Virus record (IMG/VR): IMGVR_UViG_3300005662_000097
Coordinates: 1-38,072 of that record
Source: a virus
Taxonomy: Duplodnaviria > Caudoviricetes
Strand: one strand, 5' to 3'
DNA: 38,072 bases
How positions within the stretch are numbered: the stretch's first letter is position 1; each line of letters starts with the position of its first letter. The notes under the pieces are model-generated. The model searched no databases and was not told where the DNA came from. It saw nothing but the letters and a program-made list of their open reading frames with translations. A program made the translations under genes and the position numbers. This document shows, one piece after another, positions 1-8,643 of the stretch.

Positions 1-251
1 TAACAACTGGTTCGATGTATACTTACGACGGAGCAGATTCTCTATTCTTCACGAAAGATGCTACGAATCGTATTTATCAACTTGATTTGGATAGTATGGA
101 AATAGATGCATCCACATCAATTCCATATGCACATAGCACTGCTATAATTGGCAGTAGAATGGAAGTGGTATCTACTGCGGATGGGTTGAAATACCTGTAT
201 GTGATGCGTCATACTGGTCAGGAAATGTGGCGTACACTTAAGTTCTGGTGA
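1..251 (+). CDS. 3' end of a 5'-truncated gene, probably a virion/tail-associated beta-rich protein
   Basis: The frame is open from the window edge (TTGSMYTYDG...) and ends ...QEMWRTLKFW at TGA 251; it lies next to tail-fibre genes. Function is inferred from context only. Confidence 0.5.
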   Translation, partial: TTGSMYTYDGADSLFFTKDATNRIYQLDLDSMEIDASTSIPYAHSTAIIGSRMEVVSTADGLKYLYVMRHTGQEMWRTLKFW

Positions 252-322
252 AAATAAGAGACTTTTATGGTGCAGAGGGTGTATTGGAATAAATTATAAG
301 AATACTGATAAATTGAGATAAA

Positions 323-330
323 CCTACATA
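323..330 (+). promoter_or_regulatory. Putative late promoter variant (CCTACATA)
   Basis: Lies in the 252-375 intergenic gap, 45 nt before the ATG at 376; shares the TACATA core seen upstream of other late genes. Confidence 0.45.
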
Positions 331-375
331 ATCCATAGAATCATATAAAATCACAAAATTTCGGAGAATCAGACA

Positions 376-1878
376 ATGGCTATTATTAAAATCAGGAGAA
401 CAACAACATCAAGCACTCCAGTAGGTTTGACCTTTGGTGAACCAGCATTCGTACAGGGAAAGAATTCTTTCTATATCACAAACAGCAGTTCTACTGCTGT
501 CCGTGTTGGTGCAGAAGTGGACACCGATAATACCTTTACAGCAAATAGTGATGATAGACTACCGACACAAAAGGCAGTAAAGGCATATGTTGACAACAAT
601 CTTGCATCTGGTGCTGTTACTTCAGTTGAAGGTGTCACAGGTGCAGTTGATCTTGTTGCTGGAAGCGGAGTTTCTATTACACCAGGAACCCATCCAGATA
701 AATCAATAACAATTGTAAATACAGGTGTAACAGGAATAACTGGAACAGCAAATCAAATTACTGCTAATTTCAACACAGGTTCTGTTACCCTTAGCCTTCC
801 AAGTGCCATTACTGCTCCTGGTTCTCTAACCACAACAGGAAATCTTACTGTTGGCGGAAATCTTATTGTTAACGGAACAACCACAACAGTAAATTCCGAA
901 ACTGTGACAATTCAAGATCCTGTTATAGTTTTAGGAGGAACTGTCGGTGTTGATGATTCTAAAGATCGTGGTATTCAATTCAATTATAATGGCGGAAATA
1001 CTGGATTCTTTGGATATGATGATAGTGCTGATCGGTTTATATTCTTGACAACCGCTACAAACAGTTCAGAAGTATTCAGCGGAACACTTGGAGATGCTGC
1101 CTTTGGTAGTCTTTACCTTGGAACAGGTGCAAATAACACAAGATTTATCACTTCGACTCTGACAGGAAATAGAAGACACATTGTGCCTGACTGGGACGGA
1201 AATCTAGTATCTCCAAGTGGTTTTGGAAGTTCTAATAATATAATAAAATCTAATGGTTCTGGAACTCAACCAACATGGATTGACCCAACCGCATCAGGAT
1301 TTACTGCATTCTATGGAACAAATGCAACAAATATTCATGGTGGAGCCGCTGGAAGCCTTCCATATCAAAGTAGTGCAAATGCAACTACATTCTTGTCAAT
1401 AGGTTCTGCAAATCGTGTTCTTACTTCTTCTGGATCCGCTCCACAATGGAGTGATCCAACTGTATCAGGATTTACTGCCTTTGCTGCCGCAAATGCACAA
1501 ACAATACTTGTCAATAGCGATACATCAGACACCACTTGTTTCTTGACATTTGTCAATACTGCTTCCGATTCATACCAAACACAGAAGTATAATTCTAGTC
1601 TAGGCTATAATGCATCGTCAAATGCAATTACAGCAACAACCTTCATTGGTGCTTTGAGCGGCAATGCTTCATCTGCAACAAATGCAACAAATTCTGTCAA
1701 TGTTATTTCCACAGAACAAACAACAGGAACATTCTATCTTGTTGGTATGACTGCTGCTGGTACAACCGGTGCTCTTCTCATTGATGCTGCTGGTGCTACT
1801 GCTCTTTCATATGCTGTGGCAACAGGAACACTTACTTGTGCTGTTCTTGAGGCATTAGTCGATGGAGGATCTTACTGA
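376..1878 (+). CDS. Tail fibre protein
   Basis: N-terminal MAIIKIRR...GEPAF anchor-type motif, LPTQKAVKAYVD, VTSVEGVTGAV repeat, GNLTVGGNLIVNGTTTTVNS and DRGIQFNY..GFFGYDDS motifs typical of T4-like phage fibres; G/S/T-rich; GGAG RBS. Confidence 0.8.
   Translation: MAIIKIRRTTTSSTPVGLTFGEPAFVQGKNSFYITNSSSTAVRVGAEVDTDNTFTANSDDRLPTQKAVKAYVDNNLASGAVTSVEGVTGAVDLVAGSGVSITPGTHPDKSITIVNTGVTGITGTANQITANFNTGSVTLSLPSAITAPGSLTTTGNLTVGGNLIVNGTTTTVNSETVTIQDPVIVLGGTVGVDDSKDRGIQFNYNGGNTGFFGYDDSADRFIFLTTATNSSEVFSGTLGDAAFGSLYLGTGANNTRFITSTLTGNRRHIVPDWDGNLVSPSGFGSSNNIIKSNGSGTQPTWIDPTASGFTAFYGTNATNIHGGAAGSLPYQSSANATTFLSIGSANRVLTSSGSAPQWSDPTVSGFTAFAAANAQTILVNSDTSDTTCFLTFVNTASDSYQTQKYNSSLGYNASSNAITATTFIGALSGNASSATNATNSVNVISTEQTTGTFYLVGMTAAGTTGALLIDAAGATALSYAVATGTLTCAVLEALVDGGSY
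1276..1482 (+). repeat. Intragenic direct repeat, 2 copies (1276-1311 and 1447-1482), encoding W-x-DPT-x-SGFTAF
   Basis: tggattgacccaaccgcatcaggatttactgcatt versus tggagtgatccaactgtatcaggatttactgcctt. Confidence 0.8.
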
Positions 1879-1884
1879 TACATA
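1877..1884 (+). promoter_or_regulatory. Putative late promoter variant (GATACATA)
   Basis: Overlaps the upstream stop codon and precedes the AAGGAG RBS and the ATG at 1904. Confidence 0.45.
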
Positions 1885-1903
1885 CAGTAAAGGAGTATAT
1901 TTT

Positions 1904-2134
1904 ATGAGTGATTCTAATTACAATGAAAGTGTTATTCTTCCTTATTTGGAAAGAAAATGTAAAGATTTGCTATCAGTCAACCTTGTTTTGGAGGGTAAAT
2001 TGCTTGCCGAAATGGAAAAAGCAAAGGATCTCCAAAACAAGGTTGATCTTTTGCAATCCAAACTAGATACTGCAAAGAAACGCAAGAAAATAGACGGAGC
2101 AACAGCCGAAGCCCTTGACGGTGAAATCTATTGA
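1904..2134 (+). CDS. Small coiled-coil protein (possible fibre chaperone)
   Basis: Start moved from 1862 to 1904 because AAGGAG precedes that ATG; heptad-like segment LEGKLLAEMEKAKDLQNKVDLLQSKL; follows a fibre gene. Confidence 0.7.
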   Translation: MSDSNYNESVILPYLERKCKDLLSVNLVLEGKLLAEMEKAKDLQNKVDLLQSKLDTAKKRKKIDGATAEALDGEIY

Positions 2135-2169
2135 TCCAAAAAAACCATGATTGGTATGGGAGAGCATGA

Positions 2170-3660
2170 ATGGCAACAATCAAACCGAGGCGTGGTAACG
2201 GCTATCCTGCAAGTGGGTTAGTTGAAAATGAATTGGCTATAGATACCACAAATAAAAGAATTTATCTTGGTAGTGCTGGTGGTAGCGGTATTACTGTTGC
2301 ATCATTTTTAACAGATTATGTTATTTCAATAAATGGCATAACGGGTCCTATAGGCAATGTTGCTAGAACAAACGAAGGCAACACTTTTTCAACTCAACAG
2401 GTTTTTTCTGCTGGAATATCCGCATCTGCTTCAAGCAATACCATACAGATTACCAGCACAACAACAGGTAGTATTGGTCTTGTGGTTGCAAATGATACAA
2501 ATCCTGCTGCAAGTGCTTCTAGAGTTGGAAGAATCCAATTAGGAAGAGCCGGTACAAGCAATTATAATACAATATTAGAAAATAGTAGTGGTAAATTCAC
2601 AATCTTCAATGGTGCAACCACAGGAATTCCATATTTAACTGTTGATTCTACTGGTATTAGTTTTGCTGCTAATCAATTGAGAATTTATAGTCCTGTTACA
2701 ATACCAGAATTTCCATCTTCTGGTTTGATTAGATTCATAGTTGATGATGGATTTTCTGTATTTACTCTTGCAGATTTAGCACCAAATCTAAATCAAACTG
2801 CAAACACTGTACAAACTATGCCCCTAAAGACAGGAACTCTCCTAAACACAGCATCTGACTATGTGGCTGGAATATGCGGAGCAACAGGTGCTGTAAATCT
2901 CCATGCTGGCTCAAATATCACCATAACAAAGAGTGGCAATACATTTACCTTTGCGTCAACGGCAAGTGGTGGCGGCGGATTCACCTATGCGGCATCTGCT
3001 CCTGGTACGCCGTCTGTTGGTGATCGTTGGATTGATTCCGATACAGGAAAGGAGTTTGTCTATATCAATGATGGAGACTCTTCCCAATGGATGGAACCTG
3101 TATCATCAAACGGATTGACAGGTGTCACCTACAATTCTTCGACAAATACGCTCCAATTCAACAGCACCGTTGTTGCTCCAAATCTGATGAGCCTGACATT
3201 TACTCCTTTGGAAAATCAGCCTCCTGCATCAAACTATGCAACAATTGATACCCGAAATGGCATCATGGTTCTTGAATTTGATGCAACCACAGATGAGTCT
3301 GCAACATTCGTGAGCATCATGCCGCAGACTGCAATACTGACAAACGGCTTGAAGATACGAATCAATTGGATGGCTGATACGGCAACAACCGGAACCTGTC
3401 GTTGGGGTGCTCAAATAGAAAGAATGAATACCGACTTGGATTCGGATAGTTTTGACACAGCGGCAACGGCTGGAAGCACGACAAACGGCACATCAGGTAT
3501 CATCACAACAACTGAAATCACCATAACAACAATCGACAGTGTTGCCGTGGGAGAGCCTTTCCGTTTGAAGATATACCGTGATGCAGACGGAACATCTGGA
3601 ACCGATGATATGACTGGAGATGCCCAGTTGGTTTCCGTTGAGATAAGGAGTGTTGGCTGA
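2170..3660 (+). CDS. Tail fibre protein (mosaic)
   Basis: MATIKPRRG...ENELAIDTTNKRIYLG N-terminus related to ORF 376; two DYV..xG.TG modules; APGTPSVGDRWIDSDTG..Y..DGDS.QW fibre module; distinct C-terminal globular domain. Confidence 0.8.
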   Translation: MATIKPRRGNGYPASGLVENELAIDTTNKRIYLGSAGGSGITVASFLTDYVISINGITGPIGNVARTNEGNTFSTQQVFSAGISASASSNTIQITSTTTGSIGLVVANDTNPAASASRVGRIQLGRAGTSNYNTILENSSGKFTIFNGATTGIPYLTVDSTGISFAANQLRIYSPVTIPEFPSSGLIRFIVDDGFSVFTLADLAPNLNQTANTVQTMPLKTGTLLNTASDYVAGICGATGAVNLHAGSNITITKSGNTFTFASTASGGGGFTYAASAPGTPSVGDRWIDSDTGKEFVYINDGDSSQWMEPVSSNGLTGVTYNSSTNTLQFNSTVVAPNLMSLTFTPLENQPPASNYATIDTRNGIMVLEFDATTDESATFVSIMPQTAILTNGLKIRINWMADTATTGTCRWGAQIERMNTDLDSDSFDTAATAGSTTNGTSGIITTTEITITTIDSVAVGEPFRLKIYRDADGTSGTDDMTGDAQLVSVEIRSVG

Positions 3661-4304
3661 TGGCTATAGGATTTGATAATATCTCTGGTTTGGGAACTGC
3701 CTATCTTGATGGAACACTCTCATCAGGATTCTCTTATCCTTTCACCATGAATATGTGGTTTTATCCAGTAACAGTTGCTGGAGGTGTGAATATTATTGCA
3801 GCCATGCACAACACCACAGATAATCATGTTTTTAGATTCGCTCTCAATGGAACAACAACACGGGCACTCTTTTCTGCATTCGATACAACCGTTGCAAATT
3901 CGTCAACAGCAACAACATATAATGCCTCCCAATGGAATATGCTTACAGGAGTGGGCGCATCAAGCACAAGTAGAACGGTCTATCTCAACAATGGAGGTTC
4001 TGCCACAAATACTACAGCAAAGACCCTTACGACACCAACAGCATGGATTCTTGGTGGAAGTTGGTCAAGCGGTGCTGCTCCGGCATTCGAGGGCTATATC
4101 GCTGAATTTGCAGTTTGGGATGCAGAACTAACGACAGCAGAAATCGCCACACTCTATACAGGAGTAAAGGCACACCATGTCAGACCGCAGAATTTACGAA
4201 TATACACTCCTCTAATACGGGATGTTGTTGATACTTTTGGAAGAACAACAAGCGTCACCAACAGCAATACCACAGTTCAGCCCCATGTTCGAAGATACGG
4301 ATAA
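3660..4304 (+). CDS. Concanavalin A-like/LamG domain virion protein
   Basis: FTMNMWFYP, QWNMLTGV...RTVYLNNG and FEGYIAEFAVWDAELTTAEIATLY match the LamG-like jelly-roll signature; coupled to the upstream gene by TGATG. Confidence 0.8.
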   Translation: MAIGFDNISGLGTAYLDGTLSSGFSYPFTMNMWFYPVTVAGGVNIIAAMHNTTDNHVFRFALNGTTTRALFSAFDTTVANSSTATTYNASQWNMLTGVGASSTSRTVYLNNGGSATNTTAKTLTTPTAWILGGSWSSGAAPAFEGYIAEFAVWDAELTTAEIATLYTGVKAHHVRPQNLRIYTPLIRDVVDTFGRTTSVTNSNTTVQPHVRRYG

Positions 4305-4306
4305 CC

Positions 4307-4314
4307 CATAGATA
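4307..4314 (+). promoter_or_regulatory. Putative late promoter variant (CATAGATA)
   Basis: In a short intergenic gap before ORF 4331; the identical octamer precedes gp8 (12542-12549). Confidence 0.45.
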
Positions 4315-4330
4315 GACGGAAAGACAAAAT

Positions 4331-5287
4331 ATGCCATTAGATTTTCCCCCATCACCTTCAGTCAACCAAATCTATACAAGTGGTTCAAACACTTGGACAT
4401 GGGATGGTACTGCATGGAATGCCACATCTTCGGTATCTGTTTTTACTGGAGCAACAGGAGCAACAGGGTCGGTTTCTAGTGACTATGTTTCCTCTCTCAA
4501 TGGATCAACAGGTACTGTTGGTATCTCTGCTGGAACAAACATCACCATAACCCCAAGTGGAAACACCTACACCATAGCAGCCGCTTCAACCTCTCCAGCA
4601 GGATCGGCAGGTTATATCCAATACCATTCGGCGGCAGGATTCTCTGGTGATGATGGATTGGTCTATACATCAGGAAACGAAACACTACAGATAGGCAGTG
4701 GAGCAAAGCCTCTTCTGCTCTATGCTGTTAGCGCAGGAGGTTTCGTTGAAGTTCCTGGCAATGCCGCTTCAATAATGACTATTTCCGCTGGAACAAATCT
4801 TGACGGAACGGTAAATATAGGAAATAGTGCAGGAATAGGGATTGTGACGAGTGGTTCAGCAGAAACAGTAGAAGTTCAAGGAACTGTGTCTTTTATAGAT
4901 CCAACAGGAGTGTATACAAACACATTCCCAACAGGAACTGGTGCAACAGGTCAAGTCCTAACAACACAGGCAAGCGGGTTGATGTATTGGTCTACTCCTG
5001 GTGGTGGAGGCATATCCCGTTCAGTTTCAAGCATATCCACAAACACCTCTGCTGGATCGGCGGCATCAACAGATTATGTCTATGTCTGTACGGCAGGGTT
5101 GACCCTTACAATGCCCACGGCAGTCTCAAATACAAACAGGTACACTGTCAAGAGTACAACTACTTCAAGTGTTCTTTTGAATACCACATCATCACAGACA
5201 ATTGACGGTTCCACAACCTATACCATAAGCAAGCAGTATCTTGCAATTGATCTTGTGAGCAATGGTAGCAATTGGTCTATCGTATAA
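4331..5287 (+). CDS. Tail fibre-like virion protein
   Basis: MPLDFPPSPSVNQIYTSG..WTWDGTAW N-terminus common in T4-like phage fibre proteins, GATGATG, G.TGQVLTT...W linker and a C-terminal TLTMPTA...TIDG...LVSNGSNW domain. Confidence 0.75.
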   Translation: MPLDFPPSPSVNQIYTSGSNTWTWDGTAWNATSSVSVFTGATGATGSVSSDYVSSLNGSTGTVGISAGTNITITPSGNTYTIAAASTSPAGSAGYIQYHSAAGFSGDDGLVYTSGNETLQIGSGAKPLLLYAVSAGGFVEVPGNAASIMTISAGTNLDGTVNIGNSAGIGIVTSGSAETVEVQGTVSFIDPTGVYTNTFPTGTGATGQVLTTQASGLMYWSTPGGGGISRSVSSISTNTSAGSAASTDYVYVCTAGLTLTMPTAVSNTNRYTVKSTTTSSVLLNTTSSQTIDGSTTYTISKQYLAIDLVSNGSNWSIV

Positions 5288-5295
5288 GGTGAATC

Positions 5296-6171
5296 ATGGC
5301 ATACGGAGTACAAGTATACAACGATCTCTCTGGAAATGCACGGCTATTGGAATCTGGAAGAATGGCATTTGAAACCCTTTCTGGATCCACTGCCCAAGCG
5401 GATATTTCTTTCTTTACAGATCTCTTAGAGGCTGCTTTTACCACTGCTGTTCCTGCTTCTGGTTCCACATATATCCTGGCAACAGGAAACGGAGGAAGCA
5501 CAACAGTCAAACAATCGGCAGATCTAACAACATATGCCAATCGTGGAATTGGAGTGAATCGCATTTCAACTGGAACCACAAACAATTCCACGGGATATGC
5601 AAACATTCTTTCTGGGACTGCAATACTGGGAATCCCAACACCTCCAAGTGGAATTGTGACAAAATACGAGTTTGAATGCGGATTAGCCACAACCGCTCTT
5701 TTCACCACTGCTGTTCCTGGACGCATACACGCTGGATTCGTTGATTCAATCACCAATGCAGCAACAACTGATGGAGTATACTTTGAGTGGGATCAGGGCA
5801 GCACAGGCGGTGATACGGTTTGGTATATTGTTCATAAAAAAGATGGAACAGAAGAAAGAGCATCAACTAGCATGACTGTTGCGGCAAATAAAATATACCA
5901 ATTATATCTCTATGTGGAGAGGAATTCGGCTGGAGCATACACGACAACCTATACAACAAGAAACCTTACAGATGGAACGAGTACAAGTGCCGTTCTCACT
6001 GCCGTAACGACCGCTCGTTATCCATCGGCAACAACAGATATTCTTCGAACAGGAGTAGGGTTGAAAAAGCAGACAACCAGTACAACTACATCCACATCAA
6101 TTCTTGTTGATTATATTGCAACCCGTGTTCAGTTTCCCATCGAAAGAGGACATCTAACAACCATTAGTTGA
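5296..6171 (+). CDS. Putative lectin-like virion protein, paralogue A
   Basis: Thr-rich beta-sandwich-like sequence (DGVYFEW, VDYI), collinear with ORF 6183. Confidence 0.6.
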   Translation: MAYGVQVYNDLSGNARLLESGRMAFETLSGSTAQADISFFTDLLEAAFTTAVPASGSTYILATGNGGSTTVKQSADLTTYANRGIGVNRISTGTTNNSTGYANILSGTAILGIPTPPSGIVTKYEFECGLATTALFTTAVPGRIHAGFVDSITNAATTDGVYFEWDQGSTGGDTVWYIVHKKDGTEERASTSMTVAANKIYQLYLYVERNSAGAYTTTYTTRNLTDGTSTSAVLTAVTTARYPSATTDILRTGVGLKKQTTSTTTSTSILVDYIATRVQFPIERGHLTTIS

Positions 6172-6182
6172 ATGGAGAGCAT

Positions 6183-7058
6183 ATGGCATATGGAGTACAG
6201 ACACTAAACAGCCTTTCTGGTCGTGTAAACACCATGCACGGCGAGATCAGCAGATATAATTCTCTGTCGGGTTCAACTGCACAGTGTGATCTGTCTTTTT
6301 CAACAGACTTCACAATGGCTTCATTTTCTGCAACCACACCAGCATCTGGTGGCGTGTTCATTGGGATAAACGGAAACGGCGGATCTTATACGATAAACAG
6401 TAGTGCCGATCAAACTGCCATCGGAGTAAACAAGTGCATTGGTGTTTTGAGAATGGCAACAGGAACGACAAGCAATTCCACAGGTTATGCCGCCATAGCA
6501 ACAGGGCCAATACTTACAGGAATACCCACTCCGGCATCAGGATTTGTCACGAAATATGAAATGGAAATAATGCTTGAAACCGAAGGTACTCTCTTTACTA
6601 CTGCCGTTCCTGGTCAAATAGAGGCAGGATTCAGAACAGACACCCTCAATACCGACCCAACAGATGGTGTCTATTTCCAATGGAATCAGCCAAGTGTAGG
6701 TGGAGACACCACATGGTATGTGGTATTCCGAAACACAACAGAGGAAAGAGTCAACACAGCGGTCACGGTTGCTGCAAACAAACTATACCAAATGTATCTC
6801 TCTGTTGAGAGGAATTCCGCTGGAACCTTTACGACATCTTGGAGAATAAAGAACCTTACAGACAACACAGACACATCCGGAACTGCCGCTCCATCGAATA
6901 CAAGTTTCTATCCTTCGGCAAGCGGCGATCAGATGCGTGTGGGTGCTGTTATACACAAACAAACAACAACTACCACCACTTCAAGATATATTATATTAGA
7001 TTATATCCATTGCAGAATACAAGTTCCACTAGAGCGATCTTTCCTCATTAGTGGATAA
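6183..7058 (+). CDS. Putative lectin-like virion protein, paralogue B
   Basis: Start moved to the ATG at 6183 (GGAG RBS; MAYGVQ identical to paralogue A); full-length homology to 5296-6171. Confidence 0.6.
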   Translation: MAYGVQTLNSLSGRVNTMHGEISRYNSLSGSTAQCDLSFSTDFTMASFSATTPASGGVFIGINGNGGSYTINSSADQTAIGVNKCIGVLRMATGTTSNSTGYAAIATGPILTGIPTPASGFVTKYEMEIMLETEGTLFTTAVPGQIEAGFRTDTLNTDPTDGVYFQWNQPSVGGDTTWYVVFRNTTEERVNTAVTVAANKLYQMYLSVERNSAGTFTTSWRIKNLTDNTDTSGTAAPSNTSFYPSASGDQMRVGAVIHKQTTTTTTSRYIILDYIHCRIQVPLERSFLISG

Positions 7059-7069
7059 GGAGAACCACA

Positions 7070-7285
7070 ATGCCAGCACCAAGAGTCAATTCCATTGTAA
7101 AGGCAATTGATATCACAGATACAGATGTGGCTATCTTTGATATAAAAGATGAAGACCGATTCATATATTTGGGAACAATAGCCCAAGACCCCACTAGGTG
7201 TATTGTGGAGGGAATTCGATGCGGAAAGCGCATACCCTATCTTCGTCCAGACCATTTTGAAGAGGTTGGTTCAGACGAGTTCTGA
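7070..7285 (+). CDS. Hypothetical protein
   Basis: AAGGAG RBS; fills the gap between neighbouring genes; no recognisable motif. Confidence 0.6.
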   Translation: MPAPRVNSIVKAIDITDTDVAIFDIKDEDRFIYLGTIAQDPTRCIVEGIRCGKRIPYLRPDHFEEVGSDEF

Positions 7286-7313
7286 TGATTTTCTATATTC
7301 CCTTTTTTCTTCC

Positions 7314-7321
7314 TATACATA
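7314..7321 (+). promoter_or_regulatory. Putative late promoter TATACATA heading the baseplate operon
   Basis: One-base variant of the T4 late box TATAAATA; the exact octamer also precedes gp13 and gp18. Confidence 0.7.
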
Positions 7322-7339
7322 GGATATTGGAGGTGAAAA

Positions 7340-7624
7340 ATGGGGACACCTGTAGGTAAATCAGGAGATTTATTTGTTTATACCGACTCTTCTGGTAAGA
7401 GAGTATCTGTACCTGTTTCTGGACTTTTATCAGAAAATTACACATCCAATGGTTCTCCTATCCTTTCTTCTACAACTGTAAGACTTCCAGACGGGCGCAC
7501 CGTGGTTTTAGGTGCTGATCTTTCATCTCAAATAACTGTCAATGGAAACCATGTGAAAGACTTGAATAGCCAAGTCGGTATTCTGAACAGCGATTTATCA
7601 TCAAAACTCAGGATTGTTCCATGA
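7340..7624 (+). CDS. PAAR-like spike tip protein (gp5.4-like, divergent)
   Basis: 94 aa; PVGKSGD near the start and three pseudo-repeats LSENYTSNGSPI / LSSQITVNGNHV / LSSKLRIV, reminiscent of the S..V.vNG PAAR repeats; close to gp25. Confidence 0.5.
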   Translation: MGTPVGKSGDLFVYTDSSGKRVSVPVSGLLSENYTSNGSPILSSTTVRLPDGRTVVLGADLSSQITVNGNHVKDLNSQVGILNSDLSSKLRIVP

Positions 7625-8247
7625 CACAGATCAAGTATTGGTTTGATTTGGGTATCGCCGCCGCCGCCGTGATATCCGGTTTAATTGTTGGTTGGTATTT
7701 GGCAAAAAAGGTACTAGATAAAATAATATCTGAATGGAAATTGAGAAAAGATAAAAAAGATGTTGAAATAGACAGATTTATTTCTAATAATTTGGCAGAA
7801 TTAAGACACGAATCAGATTCTTGCAGGACTAAATTCTTACAATTTCACAATGGTTCTAGTTTTGCCAATGGAAAATCTATGAAAAAAATGTCCATGACAC
7901 ATGAATCGTGTCATCCAGGAATGGTTCCAACAACAAGAGGAACAACAGATCAGATGCTCTCTCTATTTGTTGATATGTTGGATATATTGGAACAAGATTC
8001 CCCAAAAATGATAACTGTAAGTAATATTAAAGATTCTTATTTTAAATCATATCTGCAATCAAATCATGTTATTGCATTTTCTGTTCTTCCAATAAAAAAT
8101 ACAAAAGGGGGAATGATTGGCTGTGTTCTATGTGAATGGTGTGCTTGGGTATTTGCAGATAGAGTACATGAAGAAAAATTTGAAGAAAAATTTGTAGAGA
8201 TAAGAAATTCTATTCAATATACGATAAGTACAGATAAAAAGAGATAA
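7621..8247 (+). CDS. Single-TM protein with GAF-like domain (T4 holin T-like architecture)
   Basis: N-terminal hydrophobic helix LGIAAAAVISGLIVGWYLA, then FLQFHNG...SMKKMSMTHE and a C-terminal LPIKN..G.MIGCV GAF-like pattern. Confidence 0.5.
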   Translation: MTQIKYWFDLGIAAAAVISGLIVGWYLAKKVLDKIISEWKLRKDKKDVEIDRFISNNLAELRHESDSCRTKFLQFHNGSSFANGKSMKKMSMTHESCHPGMVPTTRGTTDQMLSLFVDMLDILEQDSPKMITVSNIKDSYFKSYLQSNHVIAFSVLPIKNTKGGMIGCVLCEWCAWVFADRVHEEKFEEKFVEIRNSIQYTISTDKKR

Positions 8248-8249
8248 AA

Positions 8250-8642
8250 ATGGCTGAACCAGTTTACCGAGATCTAGATTTCACTTTCAAATCACACCCA
8301 CTGACAAAAGATTTGGCTACAACAGTGGATGATGTTGCTATCAAATCTGCTCTAAAGAATCTAGTCAAACTGTTGCCGTATGACAAACCTTTTTCTCCAC
8401 AGATAGCATCTCCATTGTATGAATTGCTATTCGAACCTATTGATGAACCTACTGCAACAATTATGGAAGTAAAATTATCTGTTCTTATTAGAAATTATGA
8501 ACCAAGAATAAAGGATTTAGTTGTTACTGTTGTTCCTTTGCCATCAGAGAATAAATACTCTGTAGATTTAGAATTTACTATTAAGAAAATAGAGAGTAAA
8601 CAGCAACTTCAAGTATTCCTTCCTATAGAGAGGTTGAGATAA
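8250..8642 (+). CDS. gp25: Baseplate wedge subunit gp25
   Basis: YRDLDFTF..HPLT.DL, AIKSALKNL, KPF.P and NYEPRI motifs; directly upstream of gp6. Confidence 0.92.
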   Translation: MAEPVYRDLDFTFKSHPLTKDLATTVDDVAIKSALKNLVKLLPYDKPFSPQIASPLYELLFEPIDEPTATIMEVKLSVLIRNYEPRIKDLVVTVVPLPSENKYSVDLEFTIKKIESKQQLQVFLPIERLR

Positions 8643-8643
8643 A

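Noticed and set aside
5296-7058. Diversity-generating retroelement TR/VR pair among the paralogous fibre genes
   Set aside because: Differences between copies are spread over all bases and mostly synonymous or conservative, not adenine-specific; both copies are intact genes; no reverse transcriptase in the window.
7291-7313. Rho-independent terminator before the baseplate operon
   Set aside because: The T-run is not preceded by a GC-rich stem; it is better explained as the anti-SD arm.
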